From: Eukaryota sp. TZLM1-RC
Taxonomy: Eukaryota > Protista > Metamonada: BaSk clade
Assembly: GCA_040285825.1 (NCBI GenBank)
Contig: JAUPSS010000005.1
Coordinates: forward strand, 310,001-374,000
Direction of reading: 5' to 3'
Length of the DNA stretch: 64,000 bases
The translations under genes and the position numbers were made by a program. A model generated the notes under the pieces. That model did not search any database, was not told the origin of the DNA, and was given only the letters and a program-made list of their open reading frames with translations. Positions 23,180-35,499 of the stretch are shown here, piece after piece; positions within the stretch are counted from its first letter, which is position 1; the number at the start of each line of letters is the position of its first letter.

Positions 23180-24835
23180 TCAACTTTTTACCTCTAAATC
23201 TTTGATCTTCTCCTGAGCTCTACTCAATATTTCATCATTCCTCTGACTTTGAGCTTCAATTGTTTGGGACACGTCATCACCAGACACTTTGACCAATTCT
23301 TCTCTTATCTTCCTGCTTTTTGATCTAAACTCTGAAAGACTTTTCAAGACCTCAGATGGTGGGGTTGGCGTTGTGGATTTTGTTACACTTGCCTTTGAAG
23401 AACAAGATCTGGCAGTTGAAACATCTGACTTTGGAATTTTCCTTGGTGGTCTTCTTCTTGAATCATCTTGACTGATTGATTTACTACTTGGTTTTTGACT
23501 CCCTGCTTTTGATTGGCTGACTTTTGATTGATTATCTTTCAATTGACTCTCCTTTGATTGACTGACTTTTGATTGATTATCTTTTGATTGACTGACTTTT
23601 GATTGATTATCTTTTGATTTTGACTGTTTGGGAGTTTTACGGATAGGTTTCCCTTTTCTCTCACCACTATTTCTATTTTTTTCTATCTTTGACCTTTCCT
23701 TTTTCCCTTTTCTACTACTCCCATCTCCATTACTCTCTGTCAGAGGTGCTTTGTTGATCTCTGGTAGTCGATCTTTATCTCGACCCCCATCATTTTGATT
23801 GTCATTTTGATTGTTAACTGGTTTCCGAATCCAAGGAGCTTCCTTTAGCTGTTGAACAGTGGGTGCGGGATTGTTAGACTTCCAAATAAGTTCTTCCATT
23901 TCTTGCTTTTTCTCGACACAAATGACTGGTTTCCGTTCTTTTCTGACCCTCTCCGCATAATCTCTTGACCTTTCCTGGGCCAATCTGGCCTGTTCTAGTT
24001 GTATTAGATGCTTTTTCTTTGCTTCTTCATCTTTCCTCAACACTTGCTGAGCCCGTGGAGGATGGTGAAGATTTTTCAAAAACTTTGGTGGAGATCGCTC
24101 TGCTAACCTCTTTTCCCTCAACTCTTCTGTTCTTCGCTGGACTTCCCTTGAAATTTCCTCACTTGCTGATTTTAGTGATTCAAAATCCACAGATGTTTTC
24201 ATTGTCTCAGCAAGCTTGTCAAGAGCTTCCCTTCTCTCTTGTTCCACTTGACTTTCATAATACTTCTGAAACTCTTCCATCATCACCTTGTACAGAGGCG
24301 GATTCTTCTTCATATCTTTGCGCAACTTTGCGTAACTTTCCTCAGCTGCTTTCATTCTTTCTCTCCTTTCCTGACGTTCCTTCTCAGCTTTTTCTTTCCT
24401 TGCCTTTATTCTTTCAAGGTATTCTTGATGTTTACGCTCTTCTTCTTGCTTCTTTTGGGCTTCAGCCTCCTCCTCCTGCTTTAATAACTCTTGCTGTCGT
24501 TTTTTGACTTCTTGTAATCTTCTCTTTTGTCGCTCTTTTTCTTCCTGACGTAGCTGTCTTATTCTGGAGAGTCTCTTTTCATGCTCTTCTACGAGAGAGG
24601 GGTCTGATCCAAGACGCAGATTGTCTGTTGCTTTAGAGAATTCGGCCATACGCTGTCGAACAAGTGATCGGTTTGCAGATTTGACAGCAGCTGATTCATG
24701 TGGAGTGAGTTGAGGTGTAGATTCTAAGGAAGATGGATGATTCCTGGTGGGGGAAGGAGTTTTTTCTGTGAGGAATGTGGATGATTCTTCCTGGGAATCC
24801 TCAGGCGGTGGTTGTGGTGAAGGCGACGATGACAT
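23180..24835 (-). CDS. Charged coiled-coil protein of unknown function (551 aa)
   Basis: Long intact ORF; E/K/R/Q-rich helical segments and a low-complexity QSKDN/QSKVS repeat. Confidence 0.75.
   Translation of the reverse strand: MSSSPSPQPPPEDSQEESSTFLTEKTPSPTRNHPSSLESTPQLTPHESAAVKSANRSLVRQRMAEFSKATDNLRLGSDPSLVEEHEKRLSRIRQLRQEEKERQKRRLQEVKKRQQELLKQEEEAEAQKKQEEERKHQEYLERIKARKEKAEKERQERRERMKAAEESYAKLRKDMKKNPPLYKVMMEEFQKYYESQVEQERREALDKLAETMKTSVDFESLKSASEEISREVQRRTEELREKRLAERSPPKFLKNLHHPPRAQQVLRKDEEAKKKHLIQLEQARLAQERSRDYAERVRKERKPVICVEKKQEMEELIWKSNNPAPTVQQLKEAPWIRKPVNNQNDNQNDGGRDKDRLPEINKAPLTESNGDGSSRKGKKERSKIEKNRNSGERKGKPIRKTPKQSKSKDNQSKVSQSKDNQSKVSQSKESQLKDNQSKVSQSKAGSQKPSSKSISQDDSRRRPPRKIPKSDVSTARSCSSKASVTKSTTPTPPSEVLKSLSEFRSKSRKIREELVKVSGDDVSQTIEAQSQRNDEILSRAQEKIKDLEVKS
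23506..23620. repeat. Coding minisatellite of 15-bp units (CTTTTGATTG + ACTGA/ATTAT)
   Basis: Directly visible; encodes (QSKDN/QSKVS)n. Confidence 0.85.
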
Positions 24836-24880
24836 CGACTAGTAGTACCACAATGTCAAGGAGAAGTATCAGGTTGAGAT
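24831..24880 (-). promoter_or_regulatory. 45-nt leader plus ATGTC shared with the eIF4A-III gene
   Basis: See 4163-4212; 35/45 ungapped identity. Confidence 0.6.
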
Positions 24881-25777
24881 GTAGTGTATCTTTTGATAAT
24901 TGAAACCCTTCTGAATTCTTTCAGAAACAAATCTTCTGATTTGGCTTTTCGTCAAGGTCTCTATGATCAGGTTCCATGTTCCCTATACATTTTCATTGGG
25001 TTTTTATTCCAAACATGTATCCATTATTTAACTGAAACATGTCCAGTCCTGTCCTGAATGCTCATAAGTGAGATCTTAGTTTATCAAGCTGTAAGACAAT
25101 ATAATTTATTATAATAAACTTGTATCTGACCTTTTTTTGTTTCTGCAAACCATCAAAGTCAATAAGTAAGTTAATAAGGAACCTTCAAATTGTTATTCTC
25201 TTATACGTTGTCGATAACGTTAAGAGACCTATTGGTATTGTTCTTGGTGGAACACAGTATAATCTACTAACTTTAGTGTTGACTATGATAAAAGTAAAAT
25301 ATTTGAAAAAAAAGAGTTTAGAGAAACAAAAACCAATCAGATTATAAAATGATTGATTAAAATATTTTGTTGAAATTTCTGTAATGAATAAATTTAATAT
25401 TCCAATATCATTTTTTAAAAATAAAACTCTTTTTAATTTAAAACTTACAACTTTAAAGCTTCAATTTGGTAGAACAATTCCACAGATCGGAAAGGTATAA
25501 CTTCTAAAAAAACATGTGCTAACAACGCAAAGTTAGTTGAAATTTATGTTGGACTAAACAAATTTTACAAAGATCTATAGTGTCGCATTTAAACACTGTC
25601 TTTTCTGATTAATTTTATCAAATTGTTTTTCATTTTGTTTGTGGAAAAGAATTTGTTTCAAATACTGTTTGGTATATTGTCCTTTTACTATGCAGCGAAC
25701 ATGACTGAAACAGGAATCACTCGCTTTACTAAATAACAAGAATTAATTAAATAAATAATTAAATAATTATATTCCTG

Positions 25778-26677
25778 TTAATCCATTCCTAACAAAATCC
25801 TAGTATTGCCATATACAGTCTCAGCTACTTCCTCCACACTCAAATCTTTAACACACGCCACCACTTCAGCTACTTGCCTGATACAAGAGGGTTCATTTCT
25901 ATCCTTGACCATTGTGTTTTCATCCAAAGCGTATTTGTTACGTTTTACCACTGGAAAAGAAGATTTGACGAAATCACACCCCAAATGACTCCTCTTGATT
26001 CCACACCAAGGAGCATCGGTTTCAAGGATTAACTTGTCAAGAGGGAGTTCTTGAACGGTGTTCAGACCTTCCTGAGTCCGCAAAGAGCAACCATTGATAC
26101 CTATGTAAGCCCCCTTCGCCACAAATGATTTCATTGCATCAATTCCATCAGTGAAGGAGTGAACCACAAACTTTCTTGAACAAAAGATATCTGAATGGCT
26201 AGTTATAAATTCAATCATATCATCAGTACTGTTTCTTGAGTGAATGAACAATGGTTTGGGTACAAGGGGTGCAAGCTCTGTGAGTTGCATTTCCAGCACT
26301 TTGTGTTGGTCCTCCTTTTTGCTAAACTGGAATCGATCATAGTCAAGCCCAAGTTCTCCCAAGAAAGAAATCTTTGATGAATTGTCATGATAAAGTGTCG
26401 TTAGGGAGGATAAAGAAGTTTTGGAGTTTAGGAAATGTGTAGCTCGAGTCGGATGGATTCCAATAGTGGTTGATAGACATGAATAGTTATTGCACAGTTG
26501 CAGAGCTTCTAGTGTGTCATCAACTGTACCGGCAGTGACAACAATGTGATTGACAGCATTGGAGAGCGATCGTTGTATAACAAGATCAAGATCAGGAGAA
26601 TGATATGACTTCCCATGGTATGATCCTTGATACATAGCATCAGTAAGGTTAGCCCCAATGTCAATGAATTGTGGCAT
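25778..26677 (-). CDS. TATDN1: TatD family DNase (TATDN1-like)
   Basis: FIDIGANLTD, TIGIHPT, GELGLDYDR, FIHSRN, VVHSFT, GINGCSL, ETDAPWC, RNEP. First ATG at 26677. Confidence 0.93.
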   Translation of the reverse strand: MPQFIDIGANLTDAMYQGSYHGKSYHSPDLDLVIQRSLSNAVNHIVVTAGTVDDTLEALQLCNNYSCLSTTIGIHPTRATHFLNSKTSLSSLTTLYHDNSSKISFLGELGLDYDRFQFSKKEDQHKVLEMQLTELAPLVPKPLFIHSRNSTDDMIEFITSHSDIFCSRKFVVHSFTDGIDAMKSFVAKGAYIGINGCSLRTQEGLNTVQELPLDKLILETDAPWCGIKRSHLGCDFVKSSFPVVKRNKYALDENTMVKDRNEPSCIRQVAEVVACVKDLSVEEVAETVYGNTRILLGMD

Positions 26678-26889
26678 AAATATGTTCAGATGGGAGAGGA
26701 TAGTGCATGAATCAAAATTCCGAACACTGATTTTCAACTGTGCATCTCACACCAAATAATAACTTGTTTTTTGAATTAACGACAAAATTGTCTTTTCTTT
26801 ATTGATCTTGCACACTTAAGAAAATAAACTCATAACTAAAGGGACAAAATTCATTGAACCAAGAGTTCCTCTACAAAATCTTGATCTAC

Positions 26890-27010
26890 TGTAGGTATCT
26901 CACTAGTGAGTACCTAAGTATATAGAATAACATTAAATAAAATTATCTTTATCTTAACCCGCCTTAACTAACCCATACGTACACAGCTAGCAGAATGCCT
27001 AACGGCAACA
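26890..27010 (+). repeat. 5' LTR family A
   Basis: Matches 34194-34314 with 3 substitutions in 121 bp. Confidence 0.95.
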
Positions 27011-27075
27011 ATAATTATTGAGCGTCACAGGCACACCACACAGCAAACAGCAACAGCGCTGTAAACGACAAAAAG

Positions 27076-29869
27076 ATGTCTGGGGTATGTCAGACATCTT
27101 TCAGAGGAGACCCTTCTAACCCTCCTCTTCACATTATTTCGAGTACAATGAGTGCTCCAACAAAGGAAACGAGTACCCCTCCTTCCTCAACGAGTTCGGA
27201 TGTAGTTCATCCCACTCCTGGTCAAACGAGTTCGAGTGTTTCACACTCCACTCATGGAACGTTGAGTTCGGGTGCAACCCACCCCACTCCAAACATAGAC
27301 GAGAGTTCGAGTATTTCACACTCCACTCATGGAACGACGAGTTCGGGTGCAACCCACCTCACTCCACATTTATTTAGTTCGGGTCAACACCCCACTATTA
27401 TTCATACGAGCGGAGATCCTCGACTCCCTCCTCCAAATCCGAGTACGGGTCAAAACCCCACTCCTAACCTAACTCTTCCGGAGGTAATCCCTCCCAACAA
27501 CAACGCCCATTTAACGGCTACCACAACCTTGACTACGGCCAAAGTCTCGCAGGATAAACCTCCTGCCACTAGCCCAGAGTTAGAGGCGCTTCTCGCCACT
27601 CTTCCAAAAGAAGAAAGTGAGAAACAGGAGCCAACAGACTTTGTGGAGTCTCTCCCTTCAGATACGTCCCTATACCCAGACTTAGAAAACTGTGTTTCGG
27701 TACAAACCTTAAACGAGACTTTAGAAGGATTCAGGGAAGTTCATCTCACCTCACAAGTCCTTAAAAACTCTATGGAGCTTCTTGACAAAGAGAGCAAGGA
27801 GTTGACGGGTAGACCTGCTGAACGCAGAATAAGACTATCCCCACTAGACTCCTCTTATAAATCCATCATGTCCAAGCCTCGCGCTGACAGATTCGATTTT
27901 ATCGGAAAAAAGGCCACCCTCGACATATATGACTTTAGAATACGGTGGTTGGAGGTCATGGAGTATGGTCGAGACTTCTCTAACAATTTGGATGGACCTG
28001 AGAACATACACCTCCTCCCAGACTGGTTTAGGCCAGGTCTGGACAAAATTTATGAAGTCAACAGCATATCTGGAGTGGATTATACGGTAGTAAGAGAGGT
28101 TTACGAATACTACCCATCATCATCAAACCCTGATCTCGTTGAGATGAGACCCGCATCTCAGCCGTTCAGGCTAATTTTCGTCGAACAAGGAGTCACCTTC
28201 AAACGAGATTATGCCAACATGAAAACGGCAGTCATCTCCACCTATAGGTCTCCCCCCAATCACCACAATGTACAAATTGGGGACACTTGGGTTAATAACA
28301 AGGCTTTCGCCTTCACCCCAATACTAGGTATAGAGGATAGACCTTTCAGGCCATCCATTCAGCTCAACATTCAAGAGGAATCGAAACCTCTTCAAAAACT
28401 ACAAATTGAGCAGCTACCGCAGCCTGGTAATCAGGACATTTCCATGGACGTCCTCACTATCCAACCATCGGACTCATCTGTCCCAATGGAAGAATCGACC
28501 TCACATCAAAGAGGTCCAGGATTGAGCAGACAAGATCTCTCCTCATCTCGATCAGGAACATTAGCCGGAATTCATGATCCACGTCAAGTTCTTGACTTAA
28601 ATCTACAATCTTACGTTGGATACCACTATAAAACAAAGGCTGTAGAACACGATACGCTCCATGAGCCCCCCAGACTCGAGTTTCCAGAAACTCAAATAAA
28701 AATAGTACACTTCCTACTGGAATTCGCTCTCTGGGACAGTACAGGCAGAAAAGGAACGACAAATGTCGAGAAAATAGAAATGCCTCAAACAAGTTCAGTT
28801 CAGCAGCAGAAACAAATTGCTGACATGGTCAACAGTCTATCTCAGTTACTAGCAATACAAGGAAGGTGCTACAACTGAGATACAACAACAAATAGATTCG
28901 TTAAAGTCTCAGCTTGACTCGCTTCGGACACCCAAAATTTACAGAATAGACCCCAATTTCATTAACAAAATAGGGCCACCTATTTATGCTTACGACCTTT
29001 TCAGGTCCATTTTGGCGACGACCAACCCCCTGGGAATTTCGGGTTGCATCAGTGCAAGAATCATTTCCTTCTGGAAACAACAACAGATCCTTACCATGGA
29101 ACCTACAGACGCAGAAATTCTACTGCTTCTTTGTAGGAGGAGCCAATTCAACTCGCTCCATGACGCCAAATTAGCTCTACACAAACCCCAATTCAATTGG
29201 CGTAAGGTCAATTCAATCGAAGACGCGGAAAGGGAGTTTGCAATATACATGGAAAATTTTGGAGACATCCTGAGAATGTCTACATAAATCACTGATGTAT
29301 CAGCTAGGATCGAAGATGTGGATCACTCGAGTGGAGTATTCACTCTCCCAATGTCAACAGTGGCTCATGCCTTTTTAACAGGCATCAACAACTTGGCTTT
29401 CACTGAGCCCCTGTTCGAAGAATTCTGTAAAGAGAGCTATTGGAAGGACAAGCTAGTGAGCTTCCCCCAATTAACAAGGAAGGTGCGAAATGATTTATTA
29501 TCATGGATGAAGGTTGCGCAAAATAGGGAAACGGTCCAGCTATTCAGGAAAGCTGCATCCAGACCCAAAATAGAAACAGGTGATTTTCACACCTCAGCCG
29601 GGAATAAGAGAACAAGCCAACCAGATTCATCCATCCCCAACCTTAAAAAAGAAAAACATTACAGAGGAGGCCAAAAGTTCTGTACCTTTTGTCAGAAACC
29701 TGGCCATGTAATTGCAGAATGCGAAGATCTCGGATGCACCAGATCTCTGGTTCCACTAGATCAACGAAGAAGCGCCGGCAGAAGTAGAGGCCGAGGAAGA
29801 CCGTTCAGAGGTAGTTATGATAGTTTTAAAAATATTCATAGAGGCCATAGTAGAGGCCAAGGTAGATAA
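27076..29869 (+). pseudogene. Family A extended gag (S/T/P-rich N-terminus, unknown globular domain, capsid-like region, CCHC knuckle, RG-rich tail), frameshifted
   Basis: ORFs 27076..28878, 29012..29287 and 29318..29869; a 75-bp-period duplication at about 27228-27358. Confidence 0.75.
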
Positions 29870-30129
29870 AGGGGCCGAGGTGGCCGTGGTACGAAAAGAA
29901 GTAAATATCGTGCATATATGTTTCATATACACCAATCATCGCACGCTACAGCTCCCGAATTGAGTCATACTGATACAACTAGCCAATCGGAACATTCAGC
30001 TCAAGCATCCCTCTTAAATCCACTCTCTTTCGGTAATGATAATAAAGTAGATAAATATTTGAGTTTAAACAGTTTAGAAAGAGATTTATACAATCGAGCA
30101 GATGAATCTGCACCTTGTATGAACCACAA

Positions 30130-30707
30130 CAGATCCAAGCAGCCTCAGTTCTTAGAGCTTCAGGTTAGAATCAACGATACGGTCATATAAAGCATGATAG
30201 ACACAGCTGCATTTTGTTCTGTCATTTCCCTCGACCTAGCAAATCGGTGTTCAATGTCCATAAATGAAAACGATACAACACAATTCATCTTTGCTAGCAA
30301 TGTATCAACGAATTCGCTTGGGAGTGCACAAGGCATTCTGATGTTCAATGTTGGCAGCATCGCGAACCAGGTATCAATAAACCATACTCTCCCCATTATA
30401 CCAGGTTCGAACAAATTTTTAATTGGGGTAGACATGTTACAACAACTTGGGCTACTGACATCTGACCGTTTAGTTATTTTACTAGACGAAGAGCGCCGCA
30501 CCCTGCTAAATGCTGAAGCCATTTTTGATAATAGAATTAAAACTCACCAAATTGGCCACGTAGAATCAACTTCTTGCAGTGAAGAAGATTTTACTCAGCA
30601 ATTAGATAGATCTGGATGTGAGATTAATTTAGATGATAGTGAGTATAATAAGAGTTTGTCTGATATATTAGCTCAATACAAGGACGTATTCAGCGAAAAG
30701 CCCAATA
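30130..30707 (+). pseudogene. Family A aspartic protease and linker, truncated by family-B LTR
   Basis: IDTAA motif and LIGVD motif; homologous to the 51830-52270 region of family B. Confidence 0.8.
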
Positions 30708-33700
30708 TGTTAGTCTTGAATAGTATTTATAATTATTTAGTTAGTTAATTAGTATTCCGCCTATTAGTTTAAGAAGAGAGATTGCAATTCCTCTTCGTAA
30801 TAAATTTCATTACTTTTACTCTGTATGTCTGACACTAACTCGCCTAGACCATCAATACGTATTGGGTCGTCCCCGGCTCAACGCAGGATCCTTGAGGAAG
30901 AGACTGGTCCCTCTTCCTCTCAACTAACCGCAGACCAAGCTCCCGTGCTCCCTCCCTCAGTTGAAGCTCCCGCGCTTCCTGAAGCCACTCTTTCTGAGGG
31001 TTCCACCCCAAAGGAAGACAGTTCCCTTCCAGAGGATTCCGCTCCGATGGAAGGAAACTCACCTCCTCAGGATTCCGTTCCCGTGGAAGGAGACAACCCT
31101 TCTAAGGATTCTATTCCTTCGGAAGGAAGAAGCCCTTCGTTAGTCTCCTACGACGACGAAGATGCTGAGGATTCCGAAGCTCCTCCCTCTTCTTCTTCAC
31201 TCAGGGTATCAGAAGTCTCATCTTCTCCCCACCCTCAAAGAAGCTTTGAAGTTCCACCTTCACCTTCTACTCAAAGAAGAAAGACGGTTCAACCTTCTCA
31301 GAATATCACAGAAGGATCTGGAGTCCAAACTCCTTCCTCTCGACAGGACACTGAAGTCCCCACTTCATCTCCTAGACCTATCTCTGAGGTTCCACCCTCC
31401 CATCAACCTCCTTCAGTTCCAACTGTAAGGAGAGTCAGTCAAAATTCTGCTGTTCCAACTTCAGGATCTCCTCTAACTTCAACAGTAAGTGGAGTTAATA
31501 ATCTGTCTGTTTCCCCTCTCCAGGCTAGTGATTCTATTCCTAGCACTTCGAACCTTCCTTCGTATCTTTCTGAAGAGCAAAGGAAAAGGTACGAACAAAT
31601 CTTTTCAGATTTGGTAGAGTACGAGGAACCTTCCAAGGAATTCTCCCCTTTACCTCAACAGCAGGTCCCTCCTACGGCACCTCCATCTGAAATTGACAGA
31701 ATTTCTGGTGAGGTCTCTAATAAATATTTTAGAGCGTTTTCTCCAAGAGGAACGAAACTGGGAACACAGAAAAAGACTGGACAGAGAGATTGAAGCTAGA
31801 AGAGGAACATCCTCTACACCTGCTCAACCCACCCCTTCTCAAGCTAGCTCCTACGCTAGCTCAAGTGTTCATCGTGGTGCTTCCCGTCAGCACAATCCTT
31901 ATGGCCGATATAGGGATTCTCGAGTAATTCCAGAAAACCCCGAAGCCATCCCTTCCACGGAGATGAGCAATGGGCGTCTTCCTTTCTTCGGTCCTAGAGT
32001 CGAAAACGACCTAGGATTATGGATCACTCCAAGGATTGGTCCATATCTCTCCGACGAAAGAATTACTCCAGAAAACACGAGACACGATCCTGAACCCACT
32101 CACGACCCCAGACCCGGAGTTAGGTTCATGAGAACTACTCGAGAAGGAGTGTTCAGACGCTTCGCTGGAGATGAAGACAACCTCTTCATAAATGTCTATA
32201 ACCCTTGCCCCTACCCTAGGTTCAGCCCTGGGTACAACGCTTCTCTCGATATCCGTATCGACAGAGATTATAAAACAGGGTGGTGGTTTACCGAAACCAC
32301 ATATGGTGAAAGACTCTTTCTTTACGACAGACGTCTTGACCATATAGCTTCATATTGTGGTCCTGACCACAGAAGATCAGGTAATCTTCAATGAGCCCTC
32401 CAGCTCGTCACTGTTTTCCCTGGATGCATAGAATCCAGGATGTTAAAATGGGTCATGGTAGAAGGTCGTAGAGAGAAAACACGCTGGGTTCAACCAGCGA
32501 TCTCTTCTTACCAGGTTCCAGCCCAGATTGAAGAGACAGAACCTTCTCCTGAACCTCACCAAAGTGAAGCTCCACCCTCAGAACAACCTATGGGAACTTC
32601 TACAGAACCCTCAACACAACCCTCGCATAATCCTCCCATGGAACAAACTGAAGAGGATGTTGTAGTAGAAGTTAGTGATAAGTCCCCAACTCCAGACTCA
32701 ATTCCAACTGTGCTAGCACCAATGGAACAAACTCCAGCACCTGCACAGCCTATGGAACAATCAGTGGTTCCACCCACACCTCCTTCCACTGGTTCGACAA
32801 GTTCACAACATGCGGCCCAACCAACACCTTCCATGGTTAGTTCTTCACGTTCTACTTTCTCAGGTACTTACGATAGTAACCTTCTCCTAGCTTCCATGGT
32901 GGGATCAAGAGATAGGGACAGTAGACGCAGAGACCGCTCCAAACGCCCAACTCTCGACGCGACTGATTTAAGAGACGTTGATAAACTCCTCAAGTTTGTT
33001 AACAAGTTTATCCTCTGGAGTCGCACGGATAGAATTGTAGACGAGGCTCGTGGCAACATTGAGGATCCTGCCCAAGTTGCTTTAGCCAGCGAAGTTGCTA
33101 GACTTCGTGAAGAACTTGAACTAGCTAGATCAGCAGAACTGGCATCTGATCAACGGTTCGACAGTGAACCAATTCATGAATGGGATCTTTTCAGATCTGC
33201 CATGCGCATTAGTCTTAGAGGCTTAGCTGAATGCGTTACACCTGAAGCTCTCAACGCTTTAAGGTATCAAGGCACTGGCCTTTCAATTTCCTCTACCATG
33301 GTCCCAACCAGCAGATATGAACGCAACATTTGGGAACAGATCCTGAGGAAAACCCAATTCAGCAGACTGGATCAAGCCCTGGACGCACTTCACGCTGTAA
33401 ACATGGACTGGTCTGAGAGAGATTATGGTAACAGATGGATAGACTTCATGCTTAACATAGGCACAGTCTTAACGCGTTCCACCGCTATCCAAGACGTTCG
33501 TGGTCTGACTCAACAAATGAGACACATCACCATCCACGAAAACCCCATCGACCGACTTCCTGAATGGGAAATTGCTTCTCACTTCATTGAAAGCATCGGT
33601 ATTACCATCATCAGGGACAGACTCCTCAGGATCTGGTCCAATCCCTCCCATTACTACTCAGATGGCCACAGCCTAGGAGAATTTTTCAGTGTTCTTCAAA

Positions 33701-33830
33701 TAGAATACGAAAACTTTTGTAATGCTAGATCGTTTAAGGAGCAGATTAACCACGTGGACTTCCTGAACCCCTTCCAACTCCACCTTATTAATAAAGAACC
33801 TGACGACTGGTGAACAAACAAAGGTATCTA
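30708..33830 (+). mobile_element. Nested family-B LTR element fragment (5' LTR 30708-30854 + gag), 3' part deleted
   Basis: LTR homologous to 49138-49291; ORFs 30825..31793, 31693..32394 and 32440..33813 are homologous to 49382..51728. Confidence 0.9.
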
Positions 33831-34193
33831 AAAGGGACTGTAAAATTTACAACGCTGACGATCTTAACGATGTCGGTCTACTTAGGGCCATCGCAGCCTC
33901 AGATTCAGGTAAACATGTCATCGAGGAAATCCTTGACGAGTATAATACTGCTCAAGGACCCTTCTGTACTGTAAGATGGTTTGGTGGAGATACTACCGAA
34001 GAACCACTCCATTCTATCAGATATTCAGAAGCGTATCAACGATTTAATAAGAAACCAAATAAAAGAAAACGTAAATCTATTAAATCCAACAACGCAGCTC
34101 CGGCTCTCCCCGTGCCTCAGCAAAAGCGTTATCCGCAAAGGAAGCGAAAAAACAACTGTAAATAATTTTAATTAAGAAAACGGGAGAAGGTAG

Positions 34194-34314
34194 TGTAGGT
34201 ATCTCACTAGTGAGTACCTATGTATATAGAATAACATTAAATAAAATTATCTTTATCTTAACCCGCCTTAACTAACCCATACATACACAGCTAGCATAAT
34301 GCCTAACGGCAACA
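34194..34314 (+). repeat. 3' LTR family A
   Basis: Direct repeat of 26890-27010, preceded by the PPT and followed by TSD CTAC. Confidence 0.95.
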
Positions 34315-34629
34315 CTACTTGCTGTCACAGTAAAGGTTCTCTGATTCAATTGAAAAACCGAGGTAATCTATCAATAATGGCAAATTGAGTCCGAGAGCGT
34401 CATAAAAAAATATCAAATCTTTTCATCGTTGTTTCTTGAACTATTTTTTGGAAATCATTCAAAAAAGTTCCTGCTTCTGCTGATAGTGTACCGTTTATGG
34501 AAAATATGATAACTTTTCACTACATTCATATTTCACTACCAGAACAATTGTTTATCGCATATTATGCAATAATTACTATGCCTAGACTAGGTAAACAATA
34601 ATTACTATTGCTGAGGCGATTTGGAAGCG

Positions 34630-35200
34630 GCCTTTGTTATCGAAATTAATTCTTGATGACCCCAATATTGATAGTACGCACTACAACAGAGCTTCTATGG
34701 GTCTGACAAGAGTTGATTTGGTTGTTCCCGGCTTAAATGGTAGTTTTACTATTTTAGACGTCATGTCTATTGGCCCTTCTAATTCTTCAAACGAACTTTT
34801 CATCAACTCAGATGTAATTAATTCCCTTCTCGCTGGCGAAAAATACAAAATTGCTAAATATGGGAAACCCATTTCCTTTGTTATTGAAAATTCTCTTGCC
34901 CATTATAATTTATGTCCCTTTGTTTTGTCTTTGCCTGCATCTTTAGGTAAATCTGTTATGGGTGTCCTTGACGATTTTGTTGTAGTTGTAAAGGGAAGAA
35001 TTGGAAGAATTTTCAATCAGATTTTCTGGCAAAACAGGATTGCATTTTCTTTTTTTAAGGAATAGTTAAACTAATTTCTGGCTCACTCTCTTCATTTGAA
35101 AAATTTTCTGAATCTGTAGTATTTAATTTTTTTTTCATGTAGGTCAGGTTTATTTTGAGGATGTGTAGTTTTAGTTGTGTATTTCATGTTTTCATATTCC
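34630..35200 (+). mobile_element. RLE family F4 3' fragment
   Basis: ORF 34634..35065 is homologous to 21772..22068 (LTRVDLVVPGLNG...DVMS...EKYKIAKY...CPFV...FWQNRI). Confidence 0.8.
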
Positions 35201-35499
35201 CTTTTAGATATATTAAAATAGGTGCTCCAAATAATTTTTGGGAACTGGCCCAAGGTCCATTACCACTGATTTTTGTAAAATTTTGGAGTAATAGACAGAT
35301 ATGAAATGTCACCATGCGGACAGATTATACACTCTTTCAAACAGATACGACAACGCTCGGGTTGTAGAAAAGATCTTGACTGACATCCATTTAACCAGTT
35401 ATTCCATCAAGAATCATTTTTTTGATTTTAAATTGTAATCAAATATCTGTGAAATTTACATATTAAAAATTTCATTTGATGGAAATTTAGCACCTGGTT

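Larger units (their letters stand above)
26890..34314 (+). mobile_element. Ty3/gypsy LTR retrotransposon family A (defective; RT/RH/IN core deleted; contains nested family-B fragment)
   Basis: 121-bp TG...CA LTRs; 4-bp TSD CTAC; PPT AAGAAAACGGGAGAAGGTAG; gag with CTFCQKPGHVIAEC; protease IDTAAFCSVI...LIGVDML; chromodomain-like tail HVIEEILD...CTVRWFGGDTTEEP at about 33910-34030. Confidence 0.93.
26800..34505 (-). mobile_element. RLE family F3 3' fragment split by LTR element A (26800-26889 + 34315-34505)
   Basis: Rejoined flanks read on the minus strand ...IRE...QQVDQDFVEELLVQ*, matching the end of ORF 18952..20028. Confidence 0.8.

Noticed and set aside
7249-24507. Antisense or overlapping ORFs such as 7737..8141, 8608..9000 and 23965..24507
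   Set aside because: Shadows of real genes with biased composition; many have non-ATG starts.
26894-26902. GGTATCTCA shared by LTR-A and the reverse complement of the Fanzor right end
   Set aside because: Only 9 bp, also present at unrelated sites (about 5336, 43531); no extended homology.
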